NCBI GenBank assembly: GCA_037381445.1
Contig: JARRQT010000010.1
Location: 1 to 26,382 of the forward strand
DNA: 26,382 nt
Direction of reading: 5' to 3'
Source: Calditrichia bacterium
Lineage (GTDB): Bacteria > Calditrichota > Calditrichia > RBG-13-44-9
The position numbers and the translations under genes are program-made. The notes under the pieces are model-generated. The model saw only the letters and a program-made list of their open reading frames with translations. It ran no database searches and was not told the origin of the DNA. Below, piece after piece: positions 17,242 to 25,852 of this stretch (positions are counted from its first letter, which is position 1; each line of letters begins with the position of its first letter).

Positions 17242-18687
17242 TTAATATCCCAGACTCTTAAGCATTTCATTTGCCATTATTTGTGCATCACTTTCCCTAA
17301 TAAAAAACATTGGGAAACCGAGAACAATAGTATTAAAGCTGGTTCCATAATAGCGAATTCCTGTTGGCTCACCCCGCCATTTTGTACTACCGGTGATATC
17401 ATTGGCATATGTATAAATGACATCGGTAAAGCCCGCTCGCCTGGGCATGATGTTTATCTGAGAAAGCATGCTAAAGTATGGAAACTCTTTCAGCTTCTGT
17501 GGATCGATCTGAATGTCCGTGAAACCACTAAAGCCGGTGCATCCCGTAAAATCTGGCATGGATGAAGATTCATCCGCTGTTAATATATGGAGATAATCAT
17601 GGATGAATGTTCCCTCATCGAAGGTTTTAGGGAAGGATTCAGATTGTGCAAAGGATTTCAGAATTCTCCAGCCGCCCATGATGAAATCACCACCAACATT
17701 TAGATAGTCCTTGATGTCTTCAATGTTTGCTGGCAATTTATGAACATTTTGTGCATTACTGTACGGATTATCTGCATGCCAGATTACCAGTTTATAGCGC
17801 CCTAATACTGATTTGGGCGGCATGCCCTGTTTTTTGAAATCCCAGGATTCATTCGTTCCGAACATTCTGGCATAGAAGCTATCCACATCTGCATCTTTAT
17901 AAACGCCTAATCCGCCGGAAAATAATGATTCATCCGTTTCATCAATAATAAGAATTCTTTGATCGAAAGTGGGTCTAATCAGATTAACCGTCTTTACATC
18001 ACCTATGGGATCAACAAGATTAGTATTGTCCCGGCAGGTAACATAGATTTTGTGACTTCCATCCAATGTTTCAAAATAGCTCGGATCAATGAATAAAGTG
18101 GTATCGGTTGTCCAGTTCCATTCCCCATCATCAACTTTCCATGCGTATTCTATCACCTCGCCATCCTGGTCGGTTGCGTGATATGTCAAAGGTACACCCT
18201 GCCACCAGTCTGTTGTTTGATCAATGATGAAAAATTGTTGTTCCTCTTTGGGAGAAATGATCTCGGTCTGTGGAAAAATAGTCTGAACTGTGTAAAATTC
18301 TTTTTCGGCTGGCGAGGGATCAGCGTCCCCTTTATCATCTATTGCCCGCACCTGGAATCTTTGATGGTTGAGGAGGTCACTTGACTCAAAGGGAATAGTA
18401 ATACTTGTCTGGGTGGTATTTACCCACTCCTGCACCACGGAGTCACCGTTGACCATATGTTTGGTTATGTAACGGTATTGGTAACCGGAAATGAAACCGT
18501 CATTATCTTCCCCGTCCCAATGAAGAGTGACCAGTGCAAAAAGAGTATCATTTACAACCGGAATATTAGCCAGAGTAGTATTGGGCGGATCATTTGGACT
18601 GGCAATCTCTGCTTTTCTCTCACAGGAAAGCAATACCAATAATAAGATTGTTATACTTATTGTTAGAACGACGCTTAGCTTTCTCAT
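17242..18687 (-). CDS. Lipoprotein with two Ig-like domains and a C-terminal alpha/beta domain
   Basis: Lipobox LLLVLLS|C; repeated Ig-like motifs WDGEDNDGFISGYQY…FQVRAIDDKGDADPSPA and YHATDQDGEVIEYAWKVD…DNTNLVDP; C-terminal RILIIDET…YKLVIWHAD…DYLNVGG (class I glutamine amidotransferase-like fold, inferred). Confidence 0.75.
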   Translation of the reverse strand: MRKLSVVLTISITILLLVLLSCERKAEIASPNDPPNTTLANIPVVNDTLFALVTLHWDGEDNDGFISGYQYRYITKHMVNGDSVVQEWVNTTQTSITIPFESSDLLNHQRFQVRAIDDKGDADPSPAEKEFYTVQTIFPQTEIISPKEEQQFFIIDQTTDWWQGVPLTYHATDQDGEVIEYAWKVDDGEWNWTTDTTLFIDPSYFETLDGSHKIYVTCRDNTNLVDPIGDVKTVNLIRPTFDQRILIIDETDESLFSGGLGVYKDADVDSFYARMFGTNESWDFKKQGMPPKSVLGRYKLVIWHADNPYSNAQNVHKLPANIEDIKDYLNVGGDFIMGGWRILKSFAQSESFPKTFDEGTFIHDYLHILTADESSSMPDFTGCTGFSGFTDIQIDPQKLKEFPYFSMLSQINIMPRRAGFTDVIYTYANDITGSTKWRGEPTGIRYYGTSFNTIVLGFPMFFIRESDAQIMANEMLKSLGY

Positions 18688-18717
18688 TTTAGACCTTAAA
18701 TTATTTTAAATCATATA

Positions 18718-19320
18718 TTAATAGTATTTTACATCAGCGATCTGCATCTGCGGTTCAAAAATATATTTGTCTTTATATCTGGAAACGGACTTAAATGGGC
18801 TGACTCTGATATTAACCTCCGTTACCTTATTTTCAAAAACTTCAAAATCGTGTTTTAGATTTACAAAATAGTTTGTCGGCGTTTCGACACTTATCATGTC
18901 AAAATTTTTGAGCTTGAGATAGTCTGAATCTATTCCAAATTGAACCTCATCATATTTTTGCGGAGGGACATAGGATTCAAATATCGTAAACTTGCTGTAT
19001 TGGTTGTTTTCACGAACAATTAAATTGTAATATAATTCTTCCTGGCTATTACTTGCCAGTGTTGGATAAAGTGTTGCATATGCAGTGTCGTGATATACTT
19101 TTCCCTGATATACTTTAATTCTGAAGCCATCCTTGTCGGACACATGAAGCGTATCGGTTACAATAATAATTGATGTATCTGCCGGGTCAGATTCCAGGGT
19201 TATTCTGAGAATTCCTGGCGTGGGAGAGCTCTCAACTCCTGTGTTACATCCCAGGTATATAAATATGAATGCCCCCAAGACAAACAATATTAAATATTTA
19301 AAACCAATTTTTCTGGTCAT
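18718..19320 (-). CDS. Lipoprotein, DUF4382-like
   Basis: Lipobox FIYLG|C; GILRITLESDP near the N-terminus and FKSV…YIFEP at the C-terminus resemble DUF4382-type lipoproteins. Confidence 0.6.
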   Translation of the reverse strand: MTRKIGFKYLILFVLGAFIFIYLGCNTGVESSPTPGILRITLESDPADTSIIIVTDTLHVSDKDGFRIKVYQGKVYHDTAYATLYPTLASNSQEELYYNLIVRENNQYSKFTIFESYVPPQKYDEVQFGIDSDYLKLKNFDMISVETPTNYFVNLKHDFEVFENKVTEVNIRVSPFKSVSRYKDKYIFEPQMQIADVKYY

Positions 19321-19358
19321 AATGATTATTCCTTGATTACATATAAAACTTAAAAGTT

Positions 19359-19391
19359 TGGGGCTTAAATCCGCAAAAGATTCAAGCCCCA
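19359..19391 (-). terminator. Stem-loop downstream of the LamG gene (leaky terminator or 3' stabilising hairpin)
   Basis: Minus strand TGGGGCTTGAATC-TTTTGCG-GATTTAAGCCCCA: 13-bp stem with one G.U pair, followed by an imperfect U tract (AACTTTTAAGTTTT). Confidence 0.7.
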
Positions 19392-19406
19392 GGAATTTTA
19401 TTCGTG

Positions 19407-21539
19407 CTATTTCATCAACATCATTTTCTTCACCCGGGTGAAGTTTTTGGTTTGCAGCTTGTAGAAATAAACGCCACTGGCTACGGCATTACCTATTTCA
19501 TTGGTTCCGTTCCAGAGTGTAACATGTTTCCCGGCAGTCACGGTTGCATTTACCAGAGTTTTCACATGTCTTCCCAGCAAATCATAGATAATAATCTTGA
19601 CTTTTTCGGTCTTAGGAACAGAATAACGAATCTCGGTTACCGGGTTAAAGGGGTTCGGGAAATTCTGACTTAAATCATATGTTAAGACCACATTCGATTT
19701 CTTGTCCCCAATAGCAGTGATGTTTTCGAGCGGCAGATTCGCAAAAGGATAGTTGTAAATTTTTACGTTATCAAAATTCCCCTTGAAAAATGGCGGATAG
19801 GTCCCTGTATCCGGGGAAGCCGCTTTTCCGATTCTTAACGGCTGGAAACCTTCAACAACGGGATTATCGAAACCGGCATACTTTTGCTCAATAATTTCGT
19901 CATTCTCATCCAGGAGACGCAATACCGCATAGTAATTCACAGTATCTCCCGGTTCAGCGGCCCTGACTTCGTACATGACGTGATACCACTTGTGCATTTC
20001 CACAGAATCATCCAGGGTAATTACCACGCTGCCATCCGTACCTGCATACAGCCTGCTGTCCGGATCAAAACGAATTTGGTAATTGTTATCGGACCAGGAA
20101 GTTGCGTTTCTCGGCCGATTCAGGATGCGACAATAGAGACCATCTTCCGGATTCGTATAGTCCGGGTACATCCAGAAATCCACCAGGAATTCTTTTGCAG
20201 CCAAAAATGGTCCGGGAACTTCCAGGAAGCTGGAATCACCTTCCAGATAAATCGAATAGTCGCTGCCTGCTGCGGCGTTCGATGAGTATTCAGGTGTTCC
20301 ATACATCGTTACAGAATTGGCATAGTCACTATAGTCCACAGGGGTTCCACTGCCCTCTTCAAAAGTTAAATCCAATGCCTGGGTTACGGGCTGATAAACA
20401 CCAAAGCTATAATAATCTGCAGATTGCCATCCAGCATCCTTGGGCGAATTAAAAGTTAATCCATTATTATCGATTGCTTCAATGTAATACTGTACCACAG
20501 TTCCCAATGGTTGTTTCGGGATGACTGCCATCATGGAGTCCCCGCTAACTGTTGTCATATCAACATCTGTCCAGGCATTTCCGCCATCGATAGAGTAATA
20601 CAGTTTTGCGCTCTGAATGGAAGTACTTGCAAACAGGGTAAAAATATTTGCTCCCACTTCATAATCAGGCGCTTCAGTGGTTTGGTTAGAGAGCGAAGTA
20701 ACATTCTTAACAATGGGCGGAATTGGCATTTCACGGACCACATTACTGATGCGGACTTCATCTACAAAGCCGTCAAGGAATGAATCTTCACCCCCACCGG
20801 CATAGCCAATATGAACAGGTTGATTGGTGGTTATTGGCGTGGGATCGGCAGCACCGAAACTGAGGTAATCAGACACGCTGAATGATGCCAGCTCAATTTC
20901 ACCACTGGTGTCATTATACTTGTGAATAACCGTCATTAGCAGGTGCCTGTTAGTATCGCGAATGAACGCCATGTGGTACCATTTTCCAACTTCCATAAGA
21001 TTGCTTGGAGTATTGGCCTGGGGCCACTGATCCTGAGAAGCGGCCATATATCCGCAACTGAACAATCTATTATCGCCCCACATTTCGACGAAATAATTTG
21101 GCTGCCAGAATACTTCATCCCCGGTCTTGATGACCAGACGCGGCACCCAACGCCAATCGCTGGAACCGGTTCCGAAGGTAAATATGTTGATCCAGCCTTC
21201 AATCGTCCAATCACCAGTCAGATCCAGATAAGAAGTATCGTCAACTGTAACGTAAGCTGAGTCGGATTTTGAATCGTTCTGGATTCTGAGACATTGTCCC
21301 ATATTCGGTACTGAATTCGGCAAATAGAAAAAGCTTGATTCGTTGCCATGCATTACACCATCTTTTGAGAACTGGGAAACATTGGACATATCCCCGTCAA
21401 AATGCAACAGCATCATGGTATTATCATCAGGAGTGTACGGACCACCAACCGGATTTTGTTGAGCGAAGGCAAAACCTACAACCAATACCATGAACAAGAT
21501 TCCAAGTCGGCTTACCCATGACCATAACGGACTCTTCAT
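19407..21539 (-). CDS. Secreted protein with two LamG/concanavalin-A-like domains, a central Ig-like domain and a T9SS/FlgD-Ig CTD
   Basis: Start MKSPLWSW (21539, SD ATGGAGGT) preferred over 21620; signal peptide AFA|QQ; LamG motifs LLHFDG…WTIEGWI…KWYHMAF…GFVDEVRISN and LTFEEG…VDFWMYP…KWYHV…GNFDNVKIYN; C-terminal QNFPNPFNPVTEI…SGVYFYKL…KKMMLMK. Confidence 0.85.
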   Translation of the reverse strand: MKSPLWSWVSRLGILFMVLVVGFAFAQQNPVGGPYTPDDNTMMLLHFDGDMSNVSQFSKDGVMHGNESSFFYLPNSVPNMGQCLRIQNDSKSDSAYVTVDDTSYLDLTGDWTIEGWINIFTFGTGSSDWRWVPRLVIKTGDEVFWQPNYFVEMWGDNRLFSCGYMAASQDQWPQANTPSNLMEVGKWYHMAFIRDTNRHLLMTVIHKYNDTSGEIELASFSVSDYLSFGAADPTPITTNQPVHIGYAGGGEDSFLDGFVDEVRISNVVREMPIPPIVKNVTSLSNQTTEAPDYEVGANIFTLFASTSIQSAKLYYSIDGGNAWTDVDMTTVSGDSMMAVIPKQPLGTVVQYYIEAIDNNGLTFNSPKDAGWQSADYYSFGVYQPVTQALDLTFEEGSGTPVDYSDYANSVTMYGTPEYSSNAAAGSDYSIYLEGDSSFLEVPGPFLAAKEFLVDFWMYPDYTNPEDGLYCRILNRPRNATSWSDNNYQIRFDPDSRLYAGTDGSVVITLDDSVEMHKWYHVMYEVRAAEPGDTVNYYAVLRLLDENDEIIEQKYAGFDNPVVEGFQPLRIGKAASPDTGTYPPFFKGNFDNVKIYNYPFANLPLENITAIGDKKSNVVLTYDLSQNFPNPFNPVTEIRYSVPKTEKVKIIIYDLLGRHVKTLVNATVTAGKHVTLWNGTNEIGNAVASGVYFYKLQTKNFTRVKKMMLMK

Positions 21540-21685
21540 AACGACCTCCATTAGTTTGTTATTAATTAGTTTAGTAAACAGAAAACCAGCTACAGAATTC
21601 CTTTTCGTTCTTCTCCTCATTTCTGTTACTGATTAAAACTTCCACTCCCTTACCTGTTTAGAACAAAAACATACCTCTGATGCAA

Positions 21686-22888
21686 CTAAACTTTTTCTAG
21701 ATTCACCTCCTTTCCGGAAACCTTATCATTAGTCTTTATGGAACTTTGAATTGAAGTGCCTGCCTCAATTTTTGTAACATAAATTTTAGGGTTGACATTT
21801 AGTTTTTTAATAAATACAGGAGTAATTTCTTCAATAAAATTATTTAATGCGTCTTCTTTAACCAGGTTGATGGTACAGCCACCAAAACCGGCACCCATCA
21901 TCCTTGCTCCCAACACTCCATTTATTTTCCGGGCGGATTCCACCAAAATATCCAATTCTGTGCTGCTGACTTCATAATCATTTTTCAGGCCTTCATGCGA
22001 TGCAAGCATTTTCTGTCCAAATGATTGAAAATCATTGCGTTCCAGATCAGAGCAGGCTTGAACAACCCTATCATTTTCTTTCACAACATATTCACAACGT
22101 TTGTAAATCAGGGGATCAAATTCTTTTTTGTGAGCATAGAGAAGATCGACAGTAACGTCGCGCAGGCTATTAATGCGGGGATAAATCTTCTTCAATAAAT
22201 GCACACCCGACTCACATTGTTTTCGGCGCACATTATATTCTGAACCGGCTAATTCTCTCCTTACCTGAGTATCACATAGGACTATTCTTAAATCATCACG
22301 CTCAAAAGGATAAAGCTCATAGTCCAACGAACGACAGTCTAATTTAAGCACTTTTTTCGATTGTCCAAATATATTAATGAACTGATCCATAATTCCGCAT
22401 TGAACACCAACAAATTGATTTTCCGCAGCTTGAGCCATTTTTACCAAATTAATTTTTTCAAGTTTTAAATTGTAAAGCTCAGAGAGTGCAAAAATTAGCC
22501 CACCCTCAATGGCTGCTGAAGAAGACATACCAGATGCTATGGGGATATCACCACCGAAAACGCAATTAAAGCCTGATATCTCAAATTCGTTTTTGGTTAG
22601 CTGTTCTACAATCCCCAGGAGATAATTAGGCCACCCTTTTCCGGACTTTTGAATATTAGTTACACTTCCATCAAAATATTCATTAAAATCCTTTGAATAA
22701 ATTTTAATCATTCCGTCATTTCTTTTTGAAATGGCAAAATAAATAGCCTTATTCACGGCAGCAGGTAGCACAAATCCTTCATTATAATCTGTATGTTCAC
22801 CAATTAAATTAACCCGACCTGGTGATCTTACCAATAATGGTTCGGTCTTATATATTTCTTCAAATTTCTTTTTAATGATATCCAGCAT
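21686..22888 (-). CDS. galK: Galactokinase
   Basis: SPGRVNLIGEHTDYNEGFVLP, IPIASGMSSSAA, CGIMDQF, EYNVRRKQCE, GARMMGAGFGGC. ATG at 22888 or TTG at 22903. Confidence 0.97.
   Translation of the reverse strand: MLDIIKKKFEEIYKTEPLLVRSPGRVNLIGEHTDYNEGFVLPAAVNKAIYFAISKRNDGMIKIYSKDFNEYFDGSVTNIQKSGKGWPNYLLGIVEQLTKNEFEISGFNCVFGGDIPIASGMSSSAAIEGGLIFALSELYNLKLEKINLVKMAQAAENQFVGVQCGIMDQFINIFGQSKKVLKLDCRSLDYELYPFERDDLRIVLCDTQVRRELAGSEYNVRRKQCESGVHLLKKIYPRINSLRDVTVDLLYAHKKEFDPLIYKRCEYVVKENDRVVQACSDLERNDFQSFGQKMLASHEGLKNDYEVSSTELDILVESARKINGVLGARMMGAGFGGCTINLVKEDALNNFIEEITPVFIKKLNVNPKIYVTKIEAGTSIQSSIKTNDKVSGKEVNLEKV
21703..21714 (-). promoter_or_regulatory. Extended Shine-Dalgarno-like element GAAAGGAGGTGA (copy 2), within the galK C-terminal tail and upstream of the LamG gene
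   Basis: + strand tcacctcctttc, identical to 498-509; no ATG at normal SD spacing downstream. Confidence 0.55.
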
Positions 22889-22920
22889 CTTTTCTATTTC
22901 CAATCTGCATATGGTCTAAT

Positions 22921-23142
22921 TCACACTTTCGCTTTTCTGCTGATGAGAAAGAATATCAGGCCCACCACGGCCATCAGGCCGCCCCACCAGGCGTCCGGGT
23001 AATAGCCCGAGAGCACCTGCACCCGCTCGGTGCCGGTAAACAGGTGATACAACCCGGTCCCGAAGATGATGGCTCCCATGGCCAGCAGCACCAGCCCCAC
23101 GAAATACCAGATCGGTTTCATTCCCTTCTGTTCCTCTGTCAT
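22921..23142 (-). CDS. Small two-TM membrane protein associated with the SSS transporter
   Basis: MKPIWYFVGLVLLAMGAIIFGTG…WWGGLMAVVGLIFF; GGGGAG SD before ATG 23142; same GC-rich composition as the symporter. Confidence 0.8.
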   Translation of the reverse strand: MTEEQKGMKPIWYFVGLVLLAMGAIIFGTGLYHLFTGTERVQVLSGYYPDAWWGGLMAVVGLIFFLISRKAKV

Positions 23143-23158
23143 CACGGACTCCCCTCTC

Positions 23159-24820
23159 TTACCAGTAGTAAATATTTAATATTATCAGCACCACCACCGA
23201 GACCGCCGCCCAGAATTCCGGTTTGCGAAGCAGCGGCACCGGCTGACCCACCGTCTCTTTGGTCAGTCCCTTCACCAGACCCACCAGCTCCCCGTCCGGC
23301 TTGCGGCGGGTAAACCAGCTCACTACAATGGTCACCAAAAAACAGATCAGCCAGGCCCACCACGCCCGCCAGAAATTGGCCGCCATGTCGCTGGCCACAT
23401 CCGAAAGGGTGATCACACTCTTGGAGATCCAGTCGAACTTCACCGCCAGGAACAGGGTAAAGGAGGAACCCATGCCTGCCAGCAAACCCCAGAAGGCCCC
23501 GTTGGGCGTTATCCAGCGCACGAACATTCCCAGCAGCATGGTGGCAAACAGCGGGGCGTTCACCCAGGAGAAGATGGCCTGCATGTAATCCATGATGGTG
23601 GGCATGCTCTTGGCCCAGTAGGCGGTGCCCACACTGATCACGATTCCCACAATGGTGGCCACCCGACCCATCCACAGCAGGTGCTCCGGGGAGGCTTTCT
23701 TGTTGATCACCGAATGGTAAATATCATAAGTCCAAACCGTGTTGAAGGCACTGATGTTCCCCGCCTGCCCGGCCATGAATCCCGCCAAAAGGGCCGTGAT
23801 GCCCAGACCCATCAGCCCGGTGGGATAGTAGCGCTGGATCAGCATGGGCAGGGCCGAATCGTAATTGATCTTGCCCCCGTCCTGCAGCAGGTGAAACCCG
23901 CTGTTGGGATCCTGGGAAAGCACCAGGGCTATCAGACCGCCCAGAATCACGATGAAGGGCAGCGCCATCTTGAAGAAGGAGGCGATGACCGGGGTCATGC
24001 GCGCCGAACGCATATCTTTGGCCGAAAAGGCCCGCTGAACCACCAGGAAGTCCGTAGTCCAGTAGCCGAAGGAGAGCACAAATCCCAGACCCAGCACAAT
24101 GCCGCCCCAGGTCACCATCATCCCGTTGTCGGCCGGATTGGCCGAGGTGGACCACAGCGCGGAATAGGCCTCCGGAATCCGGGCAAATATCTCATGCACA
24201 CCCCCGATCTCCACGATTCCCAGGGCAGTTATCAGAAACAGGCCGAACCAGATCAGAAAAAACTGGATGATCTCGGTAAAGATGGCCGACATCAACCCGC
24301 TCAGCGTCACATACACCGCCACCGTGGCCGCCGAGGCCCACATGCTGGCGTCCCAGTTCCAGCCCAGAAAGGTGTGCAGCACCAGCGCCATGGCATACAG
24401 GTTGATCCCCGATACCAGCACCGTCATCACCCCGAAAGAGATGGCATTGAGCACCCGGGTCTTTTCATCGAAACGAAGTTTCAGATACCCAGGCACCGAT
24501 TTGATCTTGCTGCTGTAATAGAACGGCATCATATAGATGGCCAGGAACAGCATGGCCGGAATGGCCCCGATCCAATAGAAATGAGCCACAAACATCCCGT
24601 ACTTAAAGGTGTTCCCGGTCATTCCCAAAAGCTCCAGGGCCCCCAGGTTGGCCGAGAGGAATGCCAGGCCGGCTACCCAGGAGCTGTTCTTGCGCCCGGC
24701 CAGAAAAAAGTCCTCGTCGCTCTTCGTAAAACGCCGCAGGTAAAATCCGATTCCCAATACAAAACCAAAATAGATGGCTATGATCAGCCAGTCAACAAAC
24801 GTCAAACCAATGGCTTCCAT
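23159..24820 (-). CDS. Sodium:solute symporter (SSS/SLC5 family), probable sugar (galactose) importer
   Basis: DFFLAGRK, LSANLGALE, YLKLRFD, GYWTTDFLVVQRAFSAK, AFNTVWTYDIY; many TM helices. ATG 24820 has a GGGAG SD; ATG 24835 abuts the upstream stop. Confidence 0.93.
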   Translation of the reverse strand: MEAIGLTFVDWLIIAIYFGFVLGIGFYLRRFTKSDEDFFLAGRKNSSWVAGLAFLSANLGALELLGMTGNTFKYGMFVAHFYWIGAIPAMLFLAIYMMPFYYSSKIKSVPGYLKLRFDEKTRVLNAISFGVMTVLVSGINLYAMALVLHTFLGWNWDASMWASAATVAVYVTLSGLMSAIFTEIIQFFLIWFGLFLITALGIVEIGGVHEIFARIPEAYSALWSTSANPADNGMMVTWGGIVLGLGFVLSFGYWTTDFLVVQRAFSAKDMRSARMTPVIASFFKMALPFIVILGGLIALVLSQDPNSGFHLLQDGGKINYDSALPMLIQRYYPTGLMGLGITALLAGFMAGQAGNISAFNTVWTYDIYHSVINKKASPEHLLWMGRVATIVGIVISVGTAYWAKSMPTIMDYMQAIFSWVNAPLFATMLLGMFVRWITPNGAFWGLLAGMGSSFTLFLAVKFDWISKSVITLSDVASDMAANFWRAWWAWLICFLVTIVVSWFTRRKPDGELVGLVKGLTKETVGQPVPLLRKPEFWAAVSVVVLIILNIYYW

Positions 24821-24835
24821 GTGACTCCCTGTCAT

Positions 24836-25852
24836 TTACTCTTTAATATCAACATTTGACCAGAATTGAGGGCGACCTTTCATTAATGTCATCTTTATGC
24901 TCCATTTTTTTCCCTCACCAGCCAAAATCTCTGCATATTCATTTCGATTTATTGCTTCCTTCAATGAGTCAGGACGACCGCTTGCGGGCTCTAATCCAAC
25001 TGTTAAATGTTTTTCCTCATTATTAACCGGCCATCCCCCATAACAGAGCCAGATACCTAAATAGGGATTTTCAGCCGGATCAAAATGAAATAGCAAATGT
25101 TCGTCCGTATCAGGGTGATAAATACCTGCCACTCCCTTATTCAGACTGCCTGTAAAACACTTGAGGGCTTTTCCAAATTCCTTAGATTGGACTTTAGAAT
25201 AATCGACCATTGTATTTCCGCTTCCTATAACTGGCCAGGAGAGTTCGTCACCAAATCCGCCCAATTCCGCATCCGAGGCCCAATTCAAAAATACCTTTTC
25301 GATCTCCTTGTCCAAAACCAGCCTGGCCCCAGCCTCTACTTTCAATAAGGGATGAGCAGACCAAATATATTTAAAAGGGTGATCAGAATAGTTTTTCAGA
25401 TGATAATCAATAAGCACATGATTATCGAAAAGTTTAATGTGCTTGATAAAGCGATATTGAAATTTTATTCCATTCGCTGTGAGTATTAATTGTTCACCAT
25501 CAATATGATGATGCCAGGACAAGGCCCATAATTCCCCATGATCGGGAAAAATGATATTATCTCCACCTCTCAGCTCTGCCAGCTGAGGATGTTCAGACGG
25601 CTCAATAGTCGGGAAACACTCATCAAAACCACTGGTATCATATTCTTCAAAATTAGCGCCATAGTAAGCACGCTTGTAGAATTGCTCTGGATTCTGAGGC
25701 TCTAACAGATATTGTCGCCCTGTCTCTTTTAAAGTCAATTCTATCATTTTTCCACCAATTTCAGGAAGAAAAACAACTCGAATCTTATCGTTCTCCAGTG
25801 AAACATGAATTAAATCATTCCTGGTAAATTCCTTCACAACGCCCTGTGTCAT
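24836..25852 (-). CDS. Galactose mutarotase-like (aldose 1-epimerase superfamily) protein
   Basis: LENDKIRVVFLPEIGGK, GFDECFPT, PDHGELW, WSAHPLL, GLEP, containing the His/His/Glu residues characteristic of the fold. ATG 25852 preferred over TTG 25894. Confidence 0.8.
   Translation of the reverse strand: MTQGVVKEFTRNDLIHVSLENDKIRVVFLPEIGGKMIELTLKETGRQYLLEPQNPEQFYKRAYYGANFEEYDTSGFDECFPTIEPSEHPQLAELRGGDNIIFPDHGELWALSWHHHIDGEQLILTANGIKFQYRFIKHIKLFDNHVLIDYHLKNYSDHPFKYIWSAHPLLKVEAGARLVLDKEIEKVFLNWASDAELGGFGDELSWPVIGSGNTMVDYSKVQSKEFGKALKCFTGSLNKGVAGIYHPDTDEHLLFHFDPAENPYLGIWLCYGGWPVNNEEKHLTVGLEPASGRPDSLKEAINRNEYAEILAGEGKKWSIKMTLMKGRPQFWSNVDIKE

Noticed and set aside
21540..21620. 27-aa N-terminal extension of the LamG ORF (MRRRTKRN…)
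   Set aside because: The ATG at 21539 has a strong SD and gives a normal signal peptide; the extension is not a convincing Tat signal.
23142..24155. Minus-strand alternative-frame ORFs (177 aa and 143 aa)
   Set aside because: They overlap the SSS gene out of frame and are explained by stop-codon scarcity in high-GC sequence.
23681..24859. 392-aa plus-strand ORF
   Set aside because: Antisense shadow of the GC-rich SSS gene; the His/Gln/Gly-rich translation has no recognisable motifs.
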